A stretch of DNA of 51,337 nucleotides, counting the filler, from Catajapyx aquilonaris (Eukaryota): assembly GCA_000934665.2 (NCBI GenBank). It is 2 parts of 2 records of this genome, joined end to end, with 100 filler letters (N's around TTAATTAATTAA, not from the genome) between each part and the next. Parts side by side here need not be neighbours in the genome. Positions count along the whole stretch, not along the records: positions 25,750 to 51,337 come from JYFJ02005337.1; 1 more part is not named here. One strand, written 5' to 3'. Both the position numbers and the translations under genes were made by a program. Each line of letters starts with the position of its first letter. Position 1 is the first letter of the stretch. Of this stretch, positions 39,043 to 49,786 are shown piece after piece. Under the pieces are notes generated by a model. That model worked only from the letters and a program-made list of their open reading frames with translations. It was not told where the DNA came from and ran no database searches.

Positions 39043-39048
39043 AATAAA
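39043..39048 (+). terminator. Candidate polyadenylation signal of IR2 (homologous AATAAA at 31738, 42874 and 47709; proximal alternatives at 31164, 38847 and 47510)
   Basis: gcAATAAAa(c/t)gaaacc is conserved in all four 3' flanks. gtAATAAAcgg is conserved in the three intact genes. Confidence 0.5.
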
Positions 39049-40249
39049 ACGAAACCCAACTAATACGATGTACGAAATTAATATCATTTAAAAAAGCATT
39101 CTCAAAATATTTAGGGTCCTGTACGTCATGTGAATGTTACCGTCAAAAATGACACAAATGTCGATTATTCAATTGTATAACGATGGCATGATCGTTCCCA
39201 TGGCATGGTCACATATATGCTGGGGTGTTAATGGATAGCAGGCTGTCTAACTATGATCAATATTTGCGAAAGTTCACACTTTAACAACTCACAGTTTTTA
39301 GGAGCTAAACACTAAGTTGCACTACCATACATTAACATCATGATCACTAACTTTGGGATTTCTGACGTAAGTAAATACTACACTTGCAGAGTATGCAGAC
39401 TGACTTACATACAGTGTCATATATTCTTTCATGTAATTGGAGTAAAATAAATATTTTACAGAAACCACAAATGAGGAGTCCCAATTCAAAGGCGGCTAAG
39501 TAAAAAAAAAGGTCGTAAAATGTCAAAAACACAATCACAATGTTGAAACTTTTTTAGATCCCTATAGTTTGAAGAAATAAAACGAAACCCAACATGATAC
39601 GATGTGCAATATTAATATCATTTAAAATAGCATTCTCAAAAAATTTATACCCATTTGTAGGCAAGGTTCACCTACATACGTAAGTGGGCATTTCCTTCCC
39701 ACTGATATTAAAATACATTATTGTTGCACCTATATGTGTTACAGCCCCCAAAAATGGACTTAACCGCCTTTGATCTGACACCCCTCAAATATGCCATCTG
39801 ATTTTGTGTTTTAAAATGGCGGTTAATTTAAATAATGAGCTAAATATTTAAATGAGTTATTAAAGGTGTTATTAAGTACCCCCAGGTTATTAAATGGTTC
39901 CAAGGCCATTTTTCTTTTAAAAATGTCATTTTTTTTGGACTAATGAAAATTGACAATTGAACAACTGTGAATTGAAATACTCTGAATTTCACAAGTCATG
40001 CACCACATTACGATAGACATGAGTTTCAGGTTGGTTTCAAAAATATCGAAAAATACGTTCTTCCATTATCCCTCTAAATAGTGAGCAATGACATTTTCCT
40101 GATTCGATTCCTATATCGAAAGGATTGTATGAAATTCTTCCTAAGCAATATTATAGACACGGAGGCTCTAATTATTCCAAGTTTGGACCTAAATTTATAT
40201 TAAAATTGGGCTTCAGAAAATATCATTTTAGGGGCAGTAGCGCCTAAGT

Positions 40250-40596
40250 TGTTTAAAAAAAAAAAATTACCCCGTGAATGACCTGTTAGGTCTTTAGGGG
40301 GTGGTGGATTACCACCATTGGTATTTTTGGAGCGTGTTAAGATAGAATCTTATTAGTGTACTCCAGGGTTGGTAGGAGGGGATGTGCATTGTGCAAAGTG
40401 CATGTGCACTGTCGTTAATTGGTCATTTTGTGAACTCCCCCGGGTGGCTTAGTCTATCGGAAATTGCCACCCGAAACGAAGCCAGAGATGGCCCAACTCT
40501 GCACGAAAGAAGGTGGGAACCCCGGGTGGGGATTGAACCCGGGACCTTAACTTCCGTGGGCGCGCGCGTTACCGCGGCGCCACTCAGTCTCCCTCG
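40250..40596 (-). mobile_element. tRNA-derived SINE
   Basis: Minus-strand head gagtggcgccgcggtaac...gggttcaatccc. 13-bp TSD gtagcgcctaagt (40237-40249 and 40597-40609). Same family as the SINE at 44345. Confidence 0.85.
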
Positions 40597-41343
40597 GTAG
40601 CGCCTAAGTAAGACCGTACAACAACTTTCCACAAAGAATTTTTTCAACATCATCATCTTCTTGTTTCTATGCTTTTTTTATTCGCCCTAACTCAAGTTCT
40701 GGTGTAGGTAGAGCTTCCAAATTACGATCCCAGATCCAAACCGTCGTGCAGTGCATTCCTACCATTTGCCGCTAAGCTAAATTCCACTTCAAAACGCCGC
40801 AAAAAATTATTACAAACCACTAAAAAATACGTTTATATTTTTTTGCTCAATAACTATTTGGAATTAAGTTTCTTAATCAAAGGGCCGAATGCGCAGTAGG
40901 ATGGTGCGGATCTATGTTCAAAACCTCACAGTTTCACCAGCTGCAGGATTTAAGATGATTTTTTTTCGCCAATTTTTTCCCGTCAAATACTTCATTTGTT
41001 CATGATTCCATCACCTACCAATGTCAATTCCTATTTACACCTCGTTTTAGCTTAATGTTAACTCGCTGCTTGGGGTGAACGGATTGTATACTTACTACAG
41101 TTGAATCCGCATTTAACAGCCTCGGCTATAACAGTCTTTTGGTTATAAAGGCCGGTCCCGGCATGCTTCCATACGACCCTGTGTATTTGACTCCCGACAT
41201 AACAGACTCATTATCACCTCACCTCGGGTATAACACACCATTTCTCGGTACTCGGTGGGAAGGGACTTCTAAGCGATGATAATCGTCTCCAATACATTCA
41301 TAGTGTAGAGTGTAGACTGTACACTGAAGTGTAGATCATAAAT

Positions 41344-41589
41344 GAGGCGCCTAGAACAAAAGTGGTCCAAGACCATTTTTGCCACTGCCGAGAAACGACC
41401 GCCATAACGCTCAGAAGACAACTCCAAGTTGGTCCAAAGTTGGTGTAGGTTTTAAATTGGACATTTAGCCAGTAGATGGAGTAATCATATTTATGCTCCA
41501 AGGAGAATTGCCTCCGCCATGGGGCATTTCAGGTCAATTTTTGTAGTGTTATTTTTTTGGACTTGGTCCACTTTTGTTCTAATCGCCTC
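41344..41589. mobile_element. MITE, possibly Sola-like
   Basis: TIRs gaggcgcctagaacaaaagtggtccaag and cttggtccacttttgttctaatcgcctc (3 mismatches), flanked by aaat and atat (AWWT-type target). Confidence 0.7.
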
Positions 41590-41746
41590 ATATGACTGAT
41601 ACATAATTATATCACTGCAGCTGTTATTATTAATAAAATATCATGTCCTTGTCTTCAGAGTGCGTGGAAGCGACAACCTAGGCGATGGCGGAAGCTGGTA
41701 TTGCGAAGGGGTTTTAAAAAAGAACTGAAATAAGAACAAAACATCC

Positions 41747-42122
41747 CCCTGAGTTATTTTAAAAAAGGTAGTAACACCTCCGTGGCGGAATGAAACAACT
41801 GAAACAAGGCAGGCGCACGTACGACCTATACACCAATTGAATTAAGCTGTACCATAGGTCTTACTCAAGCAATTCTCAAGTACTGTATGGAAAGGCTCGT
41901 AAAAATTACTGCTGCAAACTACTCAGAGCAGTTGGTAGGATTTTATTTTGAAAAGATAAAAATGGGTTAAAAAAAACTCAACTCATCCTGACAGACTTGG
42001 TCCAATCGAAAAAGACCTATGGTACAGCTTAAATCAATTGGTGAAGGTCTTACGTGCGCCTGTTCTATGTCAGTACTTTCATTCCGTCACAGAGATCTTA
42101 CTACCCTTTTTTTCACTCAAGG
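41747..42122. mobile_element. Foldback MITE with ~100-bp inverted arms
   Basis: 41761-41862 is the imperfect reverse complement of 42012-42113. A partial copy of one arm occurs at ~35959-36003. Confidence 0.7.
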
Positions 42123-42138
42123 AAATGTATTTGAATGG

Positions 42139-42381
42139 TCCTCTGGAACAAAAGCCCAAGTCCAGTCCAAGAAATGGGTGGGTACGAAGGAAATATTTTT
42201 TTCCTGGGAATGGCAATGAGGCCTAGGCATTTGACTTCGTGAAACATGTCCGTAAAGGCCACCCGAATATATGGTGAGATTCCCGCATCGATATCAGGGG
42301 AACCGTATTTTGCAATATACTTATTTGGACTTGGGCTTTTGTTCGTTGGGAACGATGGACTTGGGCTTTTGTTCCATAGGA
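42139..42381. mobile_element. MITE-like inverted repeat element
   Basis: tcctctggaacaaaagcccaagtcca (42139-42164) versus tggacttgggcttttgttccatagga (42356-42381), one mismatch. An extra internal arm copy lies at ~42326. Confidence 0.65.
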
Positions 42382-42393
42382 ATAGGCCGTATC

Positions 42394-43266
42394 AAACGGA
42401 TTTCCTCCCCAATTTGGAATTGATCAAATTAACATTTGGTAGGTCTAAATTATTACCATTATGGTCACTTTTCAAATTTTATAATGATATCTATGGTTGC
42501 ACATGCACAGTCATGTATTGCCTTAGCTGGCCTTGGTGGACTAGTGGTTAGCGCGCTCGCCTCTGGTCCCAGGTTGTGGGTTCGAACCCGGCCGAGGTCG
42601 GTGACTTTTCTCCGGGTGGTAGAAAAGTGAGAGTGCGCCTTCCTTCGGAGGGGAAGTAAAGCCGTCTGTTCCGCGTGTGCTTGTGACATTAAAGATCCCC
42701 AGTGTTGCCTTTCGAGGACGAGGACCACCCCCTGGCGTCGGTGTTGAGCCTTAGAGGCAGAAATAGGCCGACGTTAGGCCCCACTGAACCCAGTCATGTA
42801 TTGCCCAAAGCTGGTAAAAGTGTACGTATAATCTCCTTGCTAATTGTGTTGTGTGTTAATGTAATTCGAATGCAATAAAATGAAACCCAACGAATTACGA
42901 TGTACAAAATTAATATTATTTTAAAAAACCATTCATATAATATTAAGGTTCTGGTACGTCACGTGACTCTTACCGTAACAGATGAAGCACATGTCGATTA
43001 TTCGATTGTATAATGGCGTGCTCGTTGCCATGGCATCGTCACATACATGTTGGGGTGTTAATAGATAGGTGACGAACTAAGCTCAATATTTGTGAAATTT
43101 CACTGGTTAAAGTTAAATTAACCCACAATTTGTAGGAGCTAAACACTGAGTTGCACTGCCATACATAAAAAGCATAATCACTAATTATGAATTTTTGACA
43201 TAATTAAATAGAATACTTGCAGACTGACTTACATATACAATGTCGAATATTCGTTCGCGTAATTGG
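42394..43266 (+). pseudogene. Orphan IR 3' UTR/flank with no coding sequence in front of it
   Basis: Aligns with the 3' flanks of IR2 (38850-39441), IR3 (47513-47830) and IR1 (31167 onward), including aaacggatttcc, cagtcatgtattgc and gcAATAAAatgaaaccc (42874). Confidence 0.75.
42523..42790 (+). mobile_element. tRNA-derived SINE in the orphan IR 3' flank
   Basis: A-box tggactagtgg and B-box ggttcgaaccc. 15-bp TSD cagtcatgtattgcc (42508-42522 and 42791-42805). Confidence 0.88.
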
Positions 43267-44344
43267 TCTATCAAGGTAGCGAGGATATCCTCGTTATCCG
43301 CTAGCGCCCCGGTTTTGGGGGGGTAAAAGACGTGATGAATATGAATTTGATGATGTAATTTGAGTAAAATGATTATTTTACAACACGCATGAATCAGGGG
43401 GTTTCTGTGATCATAGGCGACTATGTAAAGGCATGTCAATACATGGCCCATGGCAGAAATGCGATAGAGCAAAATGTCACACCTCGCAGCATGTCACAAT
43501 ATTATTCTGAGAAAATAACCTTGCTTCGATCGCACTACAATGACATAAAAGAAACATAAAGGTCAAATGGCAGCAGACGTCCTTGACTTATCAATGTATT
43601 CGACTATTCTTTATATCCAAGAATGAAATTAAATGAGAAGAAATGATAAAAAATTCAATGAAGACATACGGATAGGCACGCATGAGAGGGCAGCACTGTG
43701 TAGACAAGGATAATATTGAAACATGATGAGTAAACACAAAAATTCTTAAAGATTAGATAGATGTGCCGATGATGAGGAAATCATTTGTGGATCCCAGATA
43801 TCTGTTTAAAACTTTATCAATTGAAATAAATGGTGTGCAGTGACAACGTAATTATTTCCTGATAATGTTCCTATCTCGAAAGGCTCAAAAATCAATATTA
43901 TAGCGTTTCGAATTATTCCAAATTTGGACCGAAATTTAACAATTTTATATTAAAATTAGGCGTCAGAAAATATCATATTCAGTATATATTCAATGTCGAT
44001 TTCGATTGTATACTACCCACTGTTGCCATAGCATCGTCCCATACACATAACACGATCAATCCAGAAATGCTGAGAAATGCCCATCACTATAACCAGCAGA
44101 AATGCACTGGACCAATTAAATATATGTGTCACCTCGAAGCTTGTAATTATTGAAAGATCTGACCTTGATTCGATCGCATGTAATAAATAGAGCATAAAGG
44201 TCAGATGGTTCGGGCAGATTATGACCTTCAGAATAATTGACCATCGGGTCAAGATGTATCAACTGACCAAGTTTCAGCCGAATCCAACTGGTCCTGATGT
44301 GCTCCTTGTAGTCAAAACTATTATAATCATTATAATTATGTTGT

Positions 44345-44643
44345 GGGGAGGCGGAGTGGTGCTGCGGTAACGTATGCGCCCACGGATGTTAAGGTCCCGG
44401 GTTCGATCCCAACCCGGGGACACCCCCTTCATCTCGTGCAGAGTTCATGAGTCGTCTCTGACTTCGTATCGGGTGGAATTTCCTTAGACTAATCCACCCG
44501 GGGGGAGGCACTGCACTTGCACATCCCCTCCGGTCATCCCAACCTGCCCGTGGGCCCGGGCGTTGTAAAAATATGTTTCAAAAATTGTAATACCTCAAAT
44601 AATAAAGGTCTGGCTGAAAACCCCTACGGGTACGCCTATCATC

Positions 44644-44728
<85 letters not shown>
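44345..44728 (+). mobile_element. tRNA-derived SINE with (ATT)n tail, upstream of IR3
   Basis: Head ggggaggcggagtggtgctgcggtaac...ggttcgatccc. The body aligns with the reverse complement of 40250-40596, and the (ATT)n tail spans 44645-44728. Confidence 0.8.
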
Positions 44729-44738
44729 GGACAATACA

Positions 44739-45372
44739 GCTTCAACCATTTTCTTGGTTCTTACACTTTATGCATCAAAATTGATCTATGCCATCGAGGA
44801 TTACTAATGGGAGGAAATATGAAGACATCCTATCGAGGGTGAGATTTATTACGAACAATTTGCAAAAATAATCATCGGTATACCTTCTCTCGTTCGTCCG
44901 CTACAAGAGTTTTTATGGCACCAAAAATGGCGACTAGGTTTTCCAATCCTGCAACCAAACTCGTGAACCGGATATCCTCTCTACTAAGGGGGGATGTCAG
45001 AAGATTGTCCATATTGTAAAGGTAGGCTTGGGTAGGCTGTGGTAATGACTATGGAAAAATAAACCCAGAAAATTGCAAAAGCGCGATTTGTTATTAATTA
45101 GGTTCTGCCTAATTATCGGCTAATTGCCCTGGACTATAAACCAAAGTGGTATTGAGCGTTCCAGGAAACGAGGTGGAAAATGACGGAATCTACTTAAATC
45201 CAGAGGCACATTGTGGTGCAGTGTTTCTTTAATGGTAGACCGTTATTTTCAATCTCCAAAGTCGGACTACAGTGCAACTTCATTCTAAAGTGAATTTTGC
45301 CCCATGACTTTAAAGTGCACCCTAGCGCACCCTAGCGCACCCTACTACATCAGTATTTAAGAGACGACAAAA
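44739..45372 (+). promoter_or_regulatory. IR3 upstream/promoter block with TATAAA at 45135-45140 and clustered TAATT motifs
   Basis: Homologous to 36265-36839: tattaattaggttctgcctaattatcggctaattgccctggacTATAAAccaaagtggt. Confidence 0.55.
45304..45360 (+). promoter_or_regulatory. In-frame upstream ORF of IR3 (MTLKCTLAHPSAPYYISI*)
   Basis: ATG at 45304 lies 69 nt before the main ATG. TAA at 45358-45360 ends 12 nt before the main ATG. Confidence 0.4.
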
Positions 45373-47256
45373 ATGCAGATCAGTATCACTTGTTGTATAT
45401 ATGCCGCTATACTTGCATTGGTGTCATGTCGCATACACATTCATACGAAAGACTGTGAGGAAGGATCTGAACAAGCGCAGTTCATGTGGAACCTTCTGAA
45501 GAAGGATGAACTAGTGGAGTGTCCTCTGGTTGTGCATCATGATGTTGCAGGGTCGATGCCAGGACATGTCACGACTCTGTTGACAAACATGTCTCGTCTT
45601 GGACGACCTGTGCTTGTCTCCAAGTCGAGTTCGGCCAGCAGCTCGTGGGCCTGCGATACTGTGGACTCAACTTCAGAAACAGGTTTAGAACTGGACCCAA
45701 AGAAGAAGATGGCCAAGTGTGCAGTGCATCTGGTCGTGGCATGTTCGTCCAATTATGAAGATTTTGTGGAGGAGATCTTGGACGAACAAGAGGCCATCCT
45801 GGTGGTGAACAGTGCGAGGGACAAATTTGTGTTGTGGATGCGGGAGGACACGGACATCAACGTTCTTCTGGAGAAACCACTGTCTAAAATCAAATACAAG
45901 GTGTTGATCAATTCGGCTCAAAACAAATCATTGCTGGCCCATTCCGTGTGCTACTTCTGCAACGAAGGGAACCCAACTGCAGATTCCCTCATGGTGCCCT
46001 ACTATGAAGCTGCTGATGGACAAATATTTAAGGACACAGCCAACAACTTTCACGGTAAATCTATGAAATCCGTATACCCAGTTGACGAGAGTCATTTGGA
46101 GTGCAATGCAACATCCAGATCCGTTCAATTGTGTTTCCTGGGCACTGCACTAAACTTCACTTGGAACTTCTCTAGGGTCAATTTATCCTCATTGTTCAGC
46201 AACTTTTCTGCACTACGTGAAGTTCTTGACGATATGATACAAGGGAGATTACATTTCTTTTCAGATACTCCAGTAATTTATGAATTATATGCAATTGGTG
46301 ATTTAATAGCCCCATATTCGAGTACCAAATTGACATTTCTTATTCGAACTCCACTCGAGAAGACGAATGTGTTTATTGTACTGTTGCCCTTCACACTCGG
46401 CACGTGGTGTTTTGTTGCTTTTTTATTGTTAGTTTCATGTATCACTTTAGCATTGCTGTCTAATTCACATTATCAAGAGCTATTCCAGAATAAGGCCAGT
46501 TACATTGCATCATTAAATTCGTACATGCAGTACCTTGTGAAAGTAACTTTACAACAGGGCACACCATTTCCTGAACGAGACGCATTGAAGGCTTTTGCAA
46601 TATTCTGGGTTTATTTTTCCATGGTAATTACCACAGCCTATCATTCCAAACTGTACAATCTTCTGATTTTCCCCCCGAGGGAGGATATCCCCGACACATT
46701 AGAGAAATTGCGAAATTCTCATTTCCGTATAAAAATGCAACAGGAATTTTACGCCCTAGCACAGGGTAGTATTGATGTGGATGAGAATGACCCTTTCAAA
46801 CTTATGTTTGACAGAATAGAAACTGTAACAGAATGGGATGAGTGCTGCCAGAATGTTGTCACTGAAGACAGTGTCTGTGCTGGGAACAGCTTGTGGTTGA
46901 AGATGACCTTGAATAGCTTGGATGTGTATGGCCAGGACTTTGCTTTCGTTACCCATGACTACGCAGGCATTGTGTATCTCACATATTTCCTTCCAAAAGG
47001 AATGGTTTATTCTGAGAACTGGAACTACTGGTCGCACATCTTCTACAGCATCGGATTGAACGAAAAAAAAGAGAGACTTTTGAATCACAGGAGATTGCTA
47101 GATGCTGCAAAAGCCAGAAGAATGGACCAAATTCCCGAAAGTGACGACGGAAGAGTGGTGTTTTCACTACGGAAGTTACAGAGTGTTTTTTATGTTTTGT
47201 TCATTGGGTTGTGTCTTGCGATTGCAGTCTTTTTTAAAGAAATATTGTTTTATTAG
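45373..47256 (+). CDS. Divergent ionotropic receptor, copy 3 (IR3), intronless, 627 aa
   Basis: Same IR motifs (LLPFTLGTW, TLQQG, ITTAYHSKLYNLL, VFYVLFIGLCLAIAVFFKEI). Signal-peptide-like start MQISITCCIYAAILALVSC. Confidence 0.92.
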   Translation: MQISITCCIYAAILALVSCRIHIHTKDCEEGSEQAQFMWNLLKKDELVECPLVVHHDVAGSMPGHVTTLLTNMSRLGRPVLVSKSSSASSSWACDTVDSTSETGLELDPKKKMAKCAVHLVVACSSNYEDFVEEILDEQEAILVVNSARDKFVLWMREDTDINVLLEKPLSKIKYKVLINSAQNKSLLAHSVCYFCNEGNPTADSLMVPYYEAADGQIFKDTANNFHGKSMKSVYPVDESHLECNATSRSVQLCFLGTALNFTWNFSRVNLSSLFSNFSALREVLDDMIQGRLHFFSDTPVIYELYAIGDLIAPYSSTKLTFLIRTPLEKTNVFIVLLPFTLGTWCFVAFLLLVSCITLALLSNSHYQELFQNKASYIASLNSYMQYLVKVTLQQGTPFPERDALKAFAIFWVYFSMVITTAYHSKLYNLLIFPPREDIPDTLEKLRNSHFRIKMQQEFYALAQGSIDVDENDPFKLMFDRIETVTEWDECCQNVVTEDSVCAGNSLWLKMTLNSLDVYGQDFAFVTHDYAGIVYLTYFLPKGMVYSENWNYWSHIFYSIGLNEKKERLLNHRRLLDAAKARRMDQIPESDDGRVVFSLRKLQSVFYVLFIGLCLAIAVFFKEILFY

Positions 47257-48214
47257 CTGTATCACTGCTTTTTCCACGCCATTCGTGATATGCGTATACC
47301 CAACCGCTTAAAACAACCCGAGTATGCGAAAATCAGTATTAATACTCAATTTTGTCGTACTACTACAAACCTGAAATTCTTTTGGCGACTTTATCAAGTC
47401 TTGACGCAACCCTTAGTACAGGCTTCACGGTGAGGAAATGTGTGTGGTGAAGGGTTGCATCACGACCAGCATAAAGTGACCAAAAGTATTTAGACCCATA
47501 TCCCACAGTAATAAACGGATTTCCTTACTAATGAGAATTCATCAAATTATCGTTTGATAGGTTTAAATTATTGCAATATTAACTCACTTTTGAAATTTTA
47601 TATTAATATACACCATTGGATTGCACAGTCATTGCACAAACTGGTAAAATGGTACAAGAGCATTCATCCCCTTCCTTATAGTGTTGTGTATTAATGAAGT
47701 TTGAATGCAATAAAACGAAACCAAACATAATACGATGTACCAAATTCATATTATTTAAAAAAATCAAGCCCAAAATATTAAGGGTCTGGTACATCACGTG
47801 ATGGTTACAGTACTAAATGACACAAATATCAATTACTAGCAGGATACCCGGCGTTGCTCGGGTTATGAAATACTTTTCCATAGGAGTGACTCATTGATTT
47901 GGTAGTAACCTTTGAAGTAATTATGGCTATACAATGTTGGCATACCAGTGACATGGAGCATATTGCATGTGCATGAAGTCTAAACAACACACTGCGGATG
48001 TCGGATTGCAAGAAAATACACAATACACCTCCAAAATCCAGCAAAAGTATGTCATGAAAAATTGAACGTTGTGCAGTTAATGTAGAAGTAAATGTAGAAT
48101 GTGTAGAAGCTCCAGCATGGCAGAGCTTACAATCTGACATCCATTGTGTGTTTTTTTGGATTCGATGCACATGCAATATTTGGTATGGCCAATTACGTTC
48201 ATAATTGCATAGAT

Positions 48215-48470
48215 GAAGCGTGTTGTCTCGAAGCTTCAACACAATATCCCTCTTATTACCATGCTCCTGACCACTCATGATCACAGCAATCCCATTGCAA
48301 GAAGGTTGATTGAATCGACCACGATGCTCACCTTGTGGTCGCTTGTCTGCATCAATGACCAAGACAAATTCAGGAGGAGGAGGACTCTCTAGTGCAAGCT
48401 TGAAGCTCTTGACATAAGTGTGCGTGGAATGGATCATGTCCTGAAGTTGCAGTATGATGTCAAGGCGTGT
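48215..48470 (-). pseudogene. Helitron Rep-helicase internal fragment
   Basis: LQLQDMIHSTHTYVKSFKLALE...VIDADKRPQGEHRGRFNQPSCNGIAVIM...RDIVLKLRDNTL matches the Helitron H..R(F/Y)N.P...(E)VA...RDIV block. Confidence 0.85.
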
Positions 48471-48955
48471 GCCGTTGAAGGGCTGCAAAATGAACGCCCG
48501 CCTGAAAAGTTGCAGCCGCCAAAGTGTTTACGTTACCTTGGTTACCTGCGGTTTGCAGGAGGGAGCGAAAACGAACACCCTTGCAGGTTGCAAGTCGGCC
48601 TGCAGATTGCAGACTTGCAGCCACAAGTTGCAGGCAGGTTGAGGGGTCCCGCAAGTGACTTGCAGTCGGTTTTGTAGTGGGGACATCTTCACTTGGACAC
48701 TATACTGATCACTTTTGGTCCGAGTACATTTTCGGCGGGAGAGTTCTGAGCGACCACGGAAGTGTCTTCGAACGCCCCACGCAGTTTGTTCGTCGGGGGG
48801 TACCTTTATTACGACGGTATACCATTTGGTGATAAGAAAAGTGACCCACGAACTTGCAACACCATGTATAACTAATGTAATGTAAATGTATGGATGATAT
48901 AACTAATATAGCTAGTATGATTGCTATATTGGTTATAGCCAGTATGATGGATACA

Positions 48956-49152
48956 CAGGGTGTTCGAAATTCGTGGCTCGTTTTTATATTAGTTATTATT
49001 TGTAGCTTGTTGTGCCCATAACCAGATGGCCCATTCTATAGCAACTCGACCCCCTGGGAGTAAAATGGAGCACAAAAAGCCACAAAAATAACTAGGCCTA
49101 CTATTGGGTGATATCAGTTATAAAAACCTACCCACGAATTTCGATCACCCTG
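48956..49152. mobile_element. Tc1/mariner-type MITE (CAGGGTG termini), nested
   Basis: TIRs cagggtgttcgaaattcgtgg and ccacgaatttcgatcaccctg. Right flank TA, left flank CA (degraded TA TSD). Confidence 0.7.
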
Positions 49153-49738
49153 TATAACCAATAAACCTGTATGACAATATAACTGAGTTATATTGGTTAT
49201 TATGGTAGTTGTATGTTACGCACATTGGTTATAACATGTATGATGTAACCAATGTAACCAGTATGTCTGATATAACCATTATAACAACAGTAGTATGACA
49301 GTTATATTAGTTATATGACTAACATAGCCAATGTAACTATGGTAGTATGATAGTAATATATTGGTTATAACTAGTATGTGGGATGTAACCAATATAACTA
49401 CTATGGAATAACTGATATCACAATGCAGTTTCGCACCAAATGTCAGGCAAAAAAAAATCTGGAGCTTGTTCCTATCAGTTATTATAGCTACCTCTAAATA
49501 TACTGTCTGCCAAAATAGCCGCGTTCAAACTCGCAGCCCGGGTCTGAATAATCCTATATTGTTATAACTTGGTGGGACCAGATTGTATCAAAATATTGTG
49601 CTTTATCTTTGACTGAACGACTGGCAATGGATGGCGATGAAAAATTGTGACCATGTACATTATTGGGCTGTCATTTGATGGCGGGCGGCTCTGGACCATA
49701 ATATATTCTGTGATATATGAAAGATATATGAATGTATG

Positions 49739-49786
49739 ATGGTGGTGGTGGTGGTGGTGGTGGTGGTGGTGGTGGTGGTGGTGGTG
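49739..49786. repeat. (GGT)n microsatellite
   Basis: Direct reading. Confidence 0.95.

Noticed and set aside
31367..44420. Functional tRNA genes at 31367, 35201, 40520, 42527 and 44345
   Set aside because: The cloverleaves are imperfect and are followed by SINE bodies and tails, with TSDs in three cases. They are SINE heads.
29259..47167. Similar antisense ORFs inside all three IR genes (e.g. MDEHATTRCTAHLAI...)
   Set aside because: These are shadows of the recently duplicated sense ORFs. Their lengths and starts vary and they have no independent support.
47829..48488. 219-aa ORF as a functional gene
   Set aside because: Its ATG comes from the inserted TIR element, only ~85 aa are Helitron-like, and the rest is read-through into non-coding 3' sequence.
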